From assembly GCA_951406725.2 (NCBI GenBank), contig OX597814.1, positions 165,044,001 to 165,108,000 on the forward strand: a DNA stretch of 64,000 bases, read 5' to 3'. Both the position numbers and the translations under genes were made by a program. Positions 1-11,289 of the stretch are shown here, one piece after another. Position 1 is the first letter of the stretch. Every line of letters begins with the position of its first letter. Under the pieces are notes generated by a model that saw nothing but the letters and a program-made list of their open reading frames with translations, was not told the DNA's origin and searched no databases. Source of the DNA: Octopus vulgaris (taxonomy: Eukaryota).

Positions 1-192
1 AAAGACGCACACACACACACATTAAGGCAATTTTACACACTCATACATTCGAGCACTCATTCATAAAATAAATCAAATATAAACACCAGTCATACAGAAT
101 ACATTCACTCACTTTAATTTTCCCATACCTTCCTTCTCCTACCTTGATTCTGCCCTTGAACTATGTCAACGGACAATTTCTCTTGCTTTCAA

Positions 193-219
193 CCAATCTG
201 GCGTCACCCCCTATAAATA
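193..219 (+). promoter_or_regulatory. Pol II promoter-like cluster of a Penelope-like pLTR (CCAAT, CRE half-site, TATA)
   Basis: CCAAT 193-197, GCGTCA 201-206 and TATAAATA 212-219, about 90 nt upstream of a hammerhead motif. Confidence 0.5.
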
Positions 220-307
220 GACATTATTTATCATTATCTTTATGGGCTCCTCGTGAGCAGTCGTCGAAAAGCTTGTTGTGCATTTTGTTGGAGAATTAAG
301 TTCCTGG

Positions 308-393
308 ATTTTCCTGAAGAGAAAGCTGCATAATGGACTCCTTATTCAATCGGAATTAGGGACTTTGCAGACTTCGAAACATATGTCGAAAAT
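308..393 (+). ncRNA. Type I hammerhead ribozyme, canonical core
   Basis: Stem I ATTTTC(308-313)/GAAAAT(388-393); CTGAAGA 314-320; long stem II GAA..CTGCA/TGCAG..TTC; GAAA 376-379; short palindromic stem III AC-ATAT-GT; GUC cleavage triplet ending at 387. Confidence 0.85.
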
Positions 394-442
394 AAAATAA
401 AGGAATTTTGTTAAATCTTCGTTCAACTCCATTCTTTCCTAT

Positions 443-495
<53 letters not shown>

Positions 496-515
496 TATGT
501 GTGCGTGTGTGTATA

Positions 516-1059
<544 letters not shown>

Positions 1060-1134
1060 CAATAAATAAAATAAAACATATGCGTATATATAAACATATA
1101 TGTACGTACCTACCTCTACATGTACATATACACG

Positions 1135-2045
1135 CATATATGAGTACAGGACACCAAAAGGACGTCGAACACAATGAGAAAGGAAAACAGACACAAACCA
1201 AAGGAACTGGATATATATTTAAAAACAACAAAAAAATAATATAGAATACAGGAGAATTAACACAAAGAAAAAAAACCCTTCTTCAGACACTAAAGCTTTC
1301 ATCTACTCTACGTTTCGAAGGATAAAAGCGAGACGTATCTTCGACAAGAAAACTTTCCTTCCTGCGAAAAGCAAATCAATAAAAGTTCTAAGATCTTTTC
1401 GCAGAGGGGTAAAAAATAGTAACAACAGGACAGTAACGACAGTGCAAATTGTAAACAGTAGAAGACAGGACAAGGAAAAACAAGATATATACATATATAT
1501 ATGAGGTTTCCAATGAAATTAAAGCAAAAGCGACCACACCTGTTTTATTCATTGAAATAGACGTAGTGCAATTGCTGGAGACTAAAGTAGTCCCCGTTAC
1601 AAGCCATGTTTTTGCGCCATCGATGAAGCAAACTTTTGAATCATTTTTGATGAAATGGTGTGTATTTTTGTATCCATCTCTTTTCATCCACCTTCATTTC
1701 GTCGGGAATCATCAAATCAGTGTTATCGAAGACTCTCCCTCATTGGAACAGGTGAAAGTTGGGTGGCAATATATCCTGGGTGTACAGTTTATGTGAGATC
1801 ACTGATCGGCTTACTTTGCCAATTGCCTGATTTGTTTACAAGATGTATATGGTCGCATATTTTCATGGTGAATGTAGATTGCTTTCTAATGCACACGAAG
1901 CTTTCGAGAAGAGGTCCGATGAAGAACTGTAATTCTATTAAGATTTATTTTCAGGTCTCTAACACGTTATGTATCCCTGGAATTTTATCCACATATTTGA
2001 AGATGCTTTCTATTGCGTCTTCAGTATCACAAACATAGAGTACAA
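1135..2045 (-). mobile_element. Penelope-like element remnant (possible decayed GIY-YIG end plus terminal repeat)
   Basis: Minus-strand frames give LRVH*KAI and PPNFHLF..KVDEKRWIQKY, which resemble a PLE GIY-YIG C-terminus. 1140-1470 is homologous to 52300-52600 and carries CTGAAGA. Confidence 0.45.
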
Positions 2046-2209
2046 AAGTTCAGAGAAAATAAAATATGTGATTTATATTTAAGTTGTCTTAATTTTTAAA
2101 ACAACCTTACCAGTTTCACGGTAAGCTTTTGTAACAATTGAAAAAGCTATTTTGTTGTGTTTGCCAAAGAAAGCACGATCATCTATATAATCCTGTTATA
2201 CGCCATTGT

Positions 2210-2530
2210 GAAGGTGCATGGTTCAGTGGATAGAGCGTCGGGCTCACAGTCATGAGGTAGTGATTTCGATTCCCGGACCGGGTTGTGTATTGTGCTCTTG
2301 AGCAAGACACTTTATTTCATGTTGTTCGAGTTCACTCATCTGTAGGAACGTGTTGTAACGTCACTGGTACTAAGATTTATTGGTCTTTGCCTTTTCCTTG
2401 AATAACATCGTTGGCTTGAAGAGAGGAGTGTAGTATGCATGGGATATTGCTGGACGTCCATAAACAACCTTTCCTGGACTTGTACCTGGAACTTTCTAGG
2501 CGCAATCCCATGGTCATTAACGATTGAAAA
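2210..2530 (+). mobile_element. tRNA-derived SINE
   Basis: A box TGGTTCAGTGG, B-box-like TTTCGATTCCC, then the cttgagcaagacacttt body motif also seen at 14697-15007. Confidence 0.7.
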
Positions 2531-3345
2531 TAAACCAGAGTTTTATGTACCATTTACAAGCAGACTGGTGACATTACGACAAAAATACTTGATGATACTT
2601 GTAATTCTACGAAGGCATTCAAATTCATTAGGCAACATATCGTCCTAAAAACTTCCCACAACACACTAGCATTCAATGAAACAAAGGCATTTATGTGGCC
2701 AATGAATCAATGGAAACGATCAAATCATTGCACAATACAGTTTCCGTGCAGGTGTCGAGCTACAAATATAATGTTATTGCTTACATCTAGAGAAAATCCC
2801 TTAGTGAGAGACGAGATTTAGAGATAACCCACAACGTTTTCAATGAGGTGGAAGATGCTACGAAAATTACCATGTTTTTTCCACATTTTCCTTTGAACAA
2901 CACTTCCTTCTCAATCTCGACGAACAGCATCCTCTTTCCCACAGAATACATGCAAGATAATGCAGATGATTCAGTATCGTATTTCTTTCTTGTTTGACCA
3001 CACCCAACGGAATGCCATCAATGTTAGGAGCTTTTTTTTATCTTTACGTTTTTGGGAAACATCTCATATTTCATTGAAATTCGGTGCACCGTCAAAAGAA
3101 TGTTTTATTAAATAAGTTCTAAAGATCAATCGAAATACAACGCGTAATTTACCAGATACCTTATATATATATGTATATATGTATTTTAAAGTCTTCGTAA
3201 AACATTACTTAATAGACTTTTTAAGCATAAAGGGAATGTTTTTATATTTTTTAAGTTATAAAGTCTTTTATCAGGATGAAGAAGTTTTCTTCCTAGTGTG
3301 TGATCATTTTCGATAAACCTTTTCAAACACACGTGCTCTTAGTTA

Positions 3346-3420
<75 letters not shown>

Positions 3421-3425
3421 ATATA

Positions 3426-3473
<48 letters not shown>

Positions 3474-3560
3474 AACGTCGTATTTATTACGATTGCTATT
3501 TTCCAGTAAATATTGGCGCCTTGTACCATTTATCTACTTTTATATATATATATATATATA

Positions 3561-3903
3561 TATTATATTAAATTAGAGACAAAACCACTATTAGGCAAAT
3601 CAAACAATGAAAAACTTAATCCAATACATAATATTATTTAATTTATATTATTTAAATATATAACAAAATTATTTAAAAAATATAATTAATATCACACTAC
3701 GATCGTTTCATGCCTGCTAACATCTTCAAATTTTTGAGTCGCAGTCATGACTGCGACTCAAAAATTAGTGTGATATTAATTATATTTTTTAATAATTTTG
3801 TTATATATTTAAATAATATAAATTAAATAATATTATGTATTGGATTAAGTTTTTCATTGTTTGATTTGCCTAATAGTGGTTTTGTCTCTTATTTAATATA
3901 ATA
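3561..3903. repeat. Long palindrome: ~138-bp arms plus a perfect 38-bp inner palindrome; PLE-like fold-back
   Basis: 3561-3699 is the near-perfect reverse complement of 3766-3903; 3729-3766 is a perfect palindrome centred on GTCA|TGAC; flanked by (TA)n. Confidence 0.9.
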
Positions 3904-3987
3904 TAATATTTTACTATAAAATTGGATTCAATCCTAAATCTGATTTTTCCCTGTAAGTTTGGATTTATTCCCTAATATTTATTATTA

Positions 3988-4023
<36 letters not shown>

Positions 4024-4025
<2 letters not shown>

Positions 4026-4775
4026 TGTGAAAATAATAAGGGTAGAAATTTAGAAATATTTTTATACCGGTGACTAGCATGCATAATAAAGTCAATAGAC
4101 AACATATTTTCACATGCTCATTAATACAGAAACTCGAGTTTGGGGTTAACTATAATTTTTTTTTTTTTTCATTCTCTTTGAAATTGCTTTTATTCGTGAT
4201 TTGGGTTTGGCTGCCCTTTCTAGTATGTAACGTGTCCTGTCAAAGGTCAACTCTTTCTTGTATGAATACTTAATTGTTTGTACACTATTATACATGAAAA
4301 TATGTTGTCTATTGACTTTATTATGCTTGCTAGCCACCGGTATGAAAAATTTTTCTAAATTTTCTACCGTTATGATTTTCACAGTAAAAGGTTCATAATT
4401 TCAAAGCGTTTCTGGTACGCAGTTTTAGTCTTATTATTATTTGCTGCTGAATGTAACAGTGCTTACGCGGTGGATTTGAAAATATAATAAGCATACAGCA
4501 CGCACCTGTGTTTTGGGGTACGTATTAGTTATATAATTATATATTAATTTTAGCGACCTTACTGATAAAGTACAGATGACAAATTAATATATTTGCTAAT
4601 TAATACAGAAATTTGAGTTTGGGGTTAAGTATAAAAATATTTTATTATTTTCATTCTCTTTGAAATTGCTTTTATTCTTGGTTTGGGTTTTGACTGCCCT
4701 TTCTAGCATGTAAGGTGTCCTGTCAAAGGTCACTTTTTTTCATGCATAACTACGTAATTGTTTGTACACAATTAT
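4024..4775 (+). mobile_element. Penelope-like pLTR remnant with direct and inverted repeats and a degenerate hammerhead
   Basis: Inverted repeat 4024-4112/4295-4385; direct repeat ~4120-4286/4599-4770; hammerhead-like GACCTTA-CTGATAA...GAAA-(C/T)T(C/T)GAG-TT-TGGGGTT at 4555-4626. Confidence 0.65.
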
Positions 4776-4781
4776 ATATAC

Positions 4782-4831
<50 letters not shown>

Positions 4832-4834
<3 letters not shown>

Positions 4835-6067
4835 GGTGCGATGGTTAAATTTTCAGCATTTTATATTTTTAATTTCGCGCATACGCATTGCTTATTTTTG
4901 ATTTTGTCGACAGTAGAGTAGAGTAGAGTCAATTGGGCACCATCTGTGAGAAAAATAGCGCCATGTCGCAATTTGCACTGCCAGACATGAAATTTGTACT
5001 GCTTGGTATTCGCGCCGGAAGCTCCAATACGAATCTGAGGCTAGCGCAGCGGATTCGGAAAGAGTTGGATGAGTCTAATGGTGATTACGAAGGTACAGCA
5101 GCTCGGAAAACTTACTCTGATCGTTCTCATAAGGAAAGAACTCCTGAATTTGTTGGTGAAATCGAGGCCAAGATTGACAACAATCCCTCCAAATCAATCA
5201 CAATCAGGTCCATCGCCAGGGACATGGGAGTGTTTGAGTTTCTTATCAGGCAGGTAGTGCATGAACACATTAAGTTTTCTTCATCCAAAATGAGAAAGGG
5301 CCAATTTTTAGCCCACGCCATCAAGGACAACAGGAAAGCCCGCGATACGAAGCTTTTGAACAGACTCAAGTATCTCTTCCAATCGAACATGCTTTGGTTT
5401 TTCTCAGACGAGAAAATGTTTTGCCAGGATCAGATGGTGGCTTGCCTTGTCCCCAAAACATGTACAGAGAGTGATAAATTCAAACATCCAGTTAACATCA
5501 TGGTGTTTGGAGTGATCACTAGTGATGGCGACGGTATTCCTCCATTCATCTTCCCACACGGAATCTTACATCAAGTACCTAGAGGAGTTAGTGCTGCCCT
5601 AGGTCAAGAGGATGGCTGCTGGAAGATCATATGTCCGACACCAGGACGCTGCAGCATGCCACACAAGGAGGAGAACCCAGACATGGCTGTCAGACAATTT
5701 CTGCGACCACATCACCCTTAACATCCGGCTACCTAACACCCCAGACTGCAGCACCACTGATTATTACCTGTGGGGCACAGTTGAGCGAAAGACCAACAAA
5801 ACCTCTTGTAACATCAAAGATGAACTGAAGGCAAGGGTTATGGCAGCATTCACCAACTTAAACAAGGACACTGACCAGAAGAGCTGCACGTGATTCCCAA
5901 GTCGACTGGAAGCCAGGTTGAAGCCAATGGCGATTTTTTATGAATAAATTTACTCTTTAGTATTTCAATATATTTTTATGTAATTTTGGTAAATATATCT
6001 GTTAAAATGAGATGTCAGTATTATTTTCCTTTTTGCATAATTTAGATGACAATTTATTCGACACACA

Positions 6068-6070
<3 letters not shown>
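4832..6070 (+). mobile_element. maT-family (DD37D) DNA transposon with frameshifted transposase
   Basis: TIR CAGGGTGCGATGGTTAAATT / ACAATTTATTCGACACACACTG in TA repeats. ORFs 4933-5721 and 5612-5893 give WFFSDEK, MVFGVITSDG and QD...PNTPDCSTTDYYLWG, with 37 residues between the second and third Asp. Confidence 0.9.
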
Positions 6071-6102
<32 letters not shown>

Positions 6103-8328
6103 CAGATAATATTTAAGGAATGTATGAAACTATATATCGGCAACTCCCGGGCCAGGTCGATTCTCATTTGATGAAGCGATCATGTCATATCTTTATTAGG
6201 GGAGAGGGTGTATCTAGATATTATTAGAACTGTCCGGTCTGCTAAAGTGTGAAGGAAAACAGCCTATCTAGAACTATAATCATTGTTAATGCACAACTAT
6301 TATGTGGTACTTATTGAATATGTTTACCTTAAGTTTGAATTTGTAGACAGTGGATATTCGGGCACATTGAAGGCATCAGAGAGGAATTTCTCTGGTGAGG
6401 ACAACTTGAGAATATTCTATTCATTACCGGATATATTCAAATCTGAAAATTTTCAGTATCTTATAATCTGCATTTTCAATTTCTTATAGTCTGCAGCTTC
6501 AAAATTCATTGAAGTCTAATGTGACAAAAAACGCATTTTATCTCAATAAACTCAAAAATTACAGAATATTCCAAAATGAAAAGTTCTAAATATGCAAGAA
6601 ATTCTCAGGTCTACATAGAGGGGGACAAGTCTCCGAAACGTTGCTTTACTTGGATTTCGGTAAATCTTTAAAATTGTTAAGATTTCGCTCGGCTTGTAGA
6701 TTATGGAATTTTTATATGATTCATTCCGTCGCTTTTCATATTTTCGTAGGTAATATGGAAAATAAATTGTATAAATGTGTACCAAACACAATACATGGTA
6801 ATGACTTCACCATGGTTAACTGAGACATCTGGAATTTTGGATGTGTCAATTGTTATTTTATTGAACTTATGTACTGCAGCTATAAGTGACATAGATTTGA
6901 AAAGGCCCTTGTGTGTGTTTTGGAGAGATAGTTTGTAGGTGGTCCGAGGAAACTAGGATTGTTTGACAAGTATTTGTTGAAATTAGAGATGGGGAAGAGA
7001 ATGTAATATATGAAAGAAAGTTATACTTAACCTGGTGGAGAAAAGGAATAAACTCATGATGCTATTTTGTTATCTCATTTTATCTGTGCTATTTGAATAC
7101 CAACTGTTGAATGCATGAGGTCACTTACACTCAGCTATATCGTTTTAACAGTCTCACAGACACAAAGATGTGTTTATTATATCAGCTCTTGATTTCCTGT
7201 ACGACACAGAAACACATTGGACTGTATCAGTCAGCTAGTCCTGAAATACAAAATGTCGCAATAATCGTACTAATCTTGTTTACGTTCATTTTGATAGAAG
7301 AGGAAGAAATTTAAGGGAGACAACTCTGATCCGTTCTTCAATCATTCATTTTTCTTGGGTAACAAAATTATTACAAGACAGGTCGTTCATTGTAAAAGAA
7401 ATATTAAGAGTTAATATTTATAATATCTGAAGTGAATTTAGTCGTACTCTCTTTCAAATCGAACGACCAAGTAGAAGCAAACTTGTTGTCCAGGTTCTGT
7501 GGAGTGGATCTATTCTTGATATTTCCTTCTTGGGGAGGCAAGCTGAAATCAGCCATCCACAATTTCCAGATGAAATGGTAAACAACTTGCGTCGACGATA
7601 TCAACTGATATGCTAATCGCCACCTAAAACAATAAGAATCGGCTCAACCTTTTCTTTGCAATTCTAAATTAAATTGTCAGAACAAGCCTACATGTACGTA
7701 ACTCTGAGTACCAAGGGAATTAATTCTTTTAATGGATATACTCCATACCATGCAATGAGTACTTTTTCTTCTTTTTATTTTTAAATAAACGCGTGTGTGT
7801 ATACATACACACACACACACACACATATATATATACATATACACATACATAAAAGCATATACATTTATAGATATAACATATATATGTAATATGTATATAT
7901 ATATGAATATATGCATATATATATATATGTGTGCATATATTTATATAATGTATATATGTTTGTATGTATACATGTATATATGAATGCATGTTTGTATGTA
8001 TGTATATGCATGTATGTATGTATGTATGCATAATTGTGGGGTGTATGTGCTTATGTGTGAGAGGGTAAAAGTGAGGTAGAAGAAATAGATACTAAAGATT
8101 GTCAATGGAAAGCAGAGAGAAACAGTGGGAATAAAGTGATAGAAAGAGAAAAGGAAACGAGAAAGTGGGAGAGAAAGAGTAAGTAAAAAATCAATAAATA
8201 GGTTAAATATGGAGATATAAAATGAGACATGGAGAACGAACGAAAAACTGACTGACAGACAGACAGAAATGCAGCAACCCGTACCACGAACAGAGGTATG
8301 TGTAGTAGTTCAAAAACAATATATATAT

Positions 8329-8437
<109 letters not shown>

Positions 8438-8740
8438 AACCTTAGTTAGTGAGTGGGTTTGGGGAGACGTGTTATCAGTTGAGCTGAAGCTGAGAAGCAA
8501 GAAGTAAAATGTATACTGCATGTTTCTGAGATAAAGTTGAATGATTGCAAATTCTGTATTTCAAGCATCTGTTGACTCACACACGCACAAATGCAAATAG
8601 TTGTACTATAAACGGGCGCAAACATGCACTCTTGTACGAGTGTATACATTCATAAAAGTATATCTAGATATGTGTGCGTCCACATATATACATACACAAA
8701 TTCTTACATCATGCTCACAGATGCTCCCGAACACACACAC

Positions 8741-8848
<108 letters not shown>

Positions 8849-8873
8849 GGATATGTATATATATATATATATC

Positions 8874-8911
<38 letters not shown>

Positions 8912-9514
8912 CGTGTGTATATGTGTATGTGTGTGTGTATATGTATATGTACGTTCATTGATATGTATATTATGTGGTAATTTACTGATAAATTATCAGT
9001 GTTATTGAAATTTGATAGCTTAAATACATAATTCCCATAATGTACTATTAGAACAGCTACTTTACGTAGAGTGTTGTATCAATACGGATGTCTGATAGCA
9101 ACAACCTTTATCTCGTAAAAAAGAAAGGCATCAAAAACTGGTTGAAAAGTAACGTCAGCTCCCTGAGTTTTTGCTTTCATACATAAATAGTTTGAGTTTG
9201 CCTCTATAAATCTACATACTTGGTTTTAGAAACCTGGCGTTATTTTATAGCCTTAAGAAAGTTGCTATTGTTATCATTGCAATATTTGCTGCCATATCTA
9301 GAAGTACCATTTTCTAGTGTTTCGAATAAACTATCAAAAAGTATAACTGAATGTTATGGCCAAGACAGAGTAAAATGACATGAGTAGTCCAATAAGACCT
9401 AGTAATTACTATATGAAGCTGTCACCCCTGAAGACGAGTCTACGAGAGAGCCTCTATTTGCTCGCTGGACTTGTTATGTGTTGTATAGATATCATCCTCA
9501 AATCACATACTGTT

Positions 9515-9824
9515 TGTTGTTCTTCGTTTGTTCCTTCTCGAGCCACGCTTGGCTCTTAGGGCCAGTTTACTGGTTTCCTTGGCGTATAGGTTCCCCACCT
9601 GGACGGGACGCCGGTCCGTCGCAGGTGAGCTGCTAGATGCAGGAGGAAAGAGTGAGAAAAAGTTGTAGCGAAATAGTCAGCAGAAGTTCGCCATTACCTT
9701 CTGCCGGAGTCGCGTGGAGCTTAGGTGTTTCGCTCATAAACACTCACATCGCCCGGTCTGAGATTCGAACCCGCGATCCCTCGACCGCGAGTCCACTGCT
9801 CTAACCACTAGGCCATGTGCTTCC
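9515..9824 (-). mobile_element. tRNA-derived SINE, near full length
   Basis: Minus strand GGAAGCACATGGCCTAGTGGTTAGAGC (A box) ... GGTTCGAATCTC (B box), central body, AAC-rich tail. Confidence 0.8.
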
Positions 9825-10519
9825 ACAAATTACACACTACCATCTTGAAAAGAAATATGTTTGTTTATTGAGCCAAGTGATGCAATGCTTGGCGAGTGAA
9901 GGACAGAAAGATTTCATTTCGAATGTCTTTTATAATATGCATTTTCTGTAATGAATCACTGGAAAATAAACAAATTTTAAGATGATGTAACAACTTTGTT
10001 GTAACTGTAGCGGCTTAATGATTCATTTATAGTCTTCTGTACCTGAATCTATGCCACTATATTTTCTGTATACAATTTGGTTAAATTCGCGGAGTTAAAA
10101 ATGTCTTATTCAGAGCAGTAACCCTGACCTGAGATCAGTTTTTAAAACTTCACCTTATTTCTATCGTTGAAGATCCTGAATATTCGTCAGTTAAGATAGA
10201 TACGTCAAGTAAAAGCCCTGGACAGAAGTACACCATAAACGAATATGTGATGAATGGTTTCCGTGGACTGCATCACATACACGCCACTAAATCTGTCTAT
10301 GGAGAAATAAAAGTTGAATCCTTGGAAAGTCATAATGATAAGCGTCTGCAAAAACAAAAAACAAAAAAAACCAGTCAAATAAAATATATTCGTATACTAT
10401 TAAAAGAGGTGAATTGTGTGTTTCCACACAGAGCCTATCTTTGAAGAAATGTTATGGTAATCTCTCTCTCTCTTTCGGAGAGGCACTGAGCAGCTATACG
10501 CACATATACACACACGGCA

Positions 10520-10661
10520 GTAACTTCCACCTACCGAATTCAATCACAAAGCTCCGGTCGGCTCGGGGCTATAGTAGAAGACACCTACCCAAAGTGCCAC
10601 GCAGTGGGACTGAACCCGAAACCATGTAGCTAGGAAGCAAGCTCCCTAACCACACAGCCAT
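10520..10661 (-). mobile_element. SINE family 2, 5' fragment
   Basis: Reverse complement of the head and body at 46366-46520. Confidence 0.8.
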
Positions 10662-10931
10662 GATCTGTCTATAACAAATATAAGCGTACTGTGGATTTTA
10701 GACTCCTTTTTTAATATCTTAGTTATACTTTCACAATCTTATGTTGTTCTCTAAGAGAAATGAACGATTTGTCGGCTGTGTTTCGCGTATAGTACTTTCC
10801 TTGCTCCATGGATTGATGTGATTCTATACATATTTGTGAGTCAGAACTTTTAATTGACTGAAATCAAATATATCATATAAATATGGCTTTATTACTTTCC
10901 AGTATATATATGTGTATGTGTGTGTGTGTGT

Positions 10932-10988
<57 letters not shown>

Positions 10989-11007
10989 GTATGTATGTAC
11001 GTATGTG

Positions 11008-11173
11008 TCGCTAGCCACTGCACATTCTTTATTTTTTTCTCCTTGTTTCTTTCTGTGGAAGAGCATAGGCTCGAAACGTTAAAGACTTTTTCACTTCCCG
11101 AGCGTTATACTAATACATCTGTTTGTTGTCTACACCACCTGTTTTCGCCTTTTGTTTTTTGTGAATTATTCCT
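11008..11173 (+). mobile_element. Short PLE-like element with minimal hammerhead-like motif (CUGUGGA core)
   Basis: TCTTT-CTGTGGA-A-GAGC-ATAG-GCTC-GAAA-CG-TT-AAAGA at 11048-11085; homologous copies at 15.5, 20.3 and 52.0 kb; ends at a TA-rich repeat. Confidence 0.7.
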
Positions 11174-11182
11174 GTATATATG

Positions 11183-11289
<107 letters not shown>

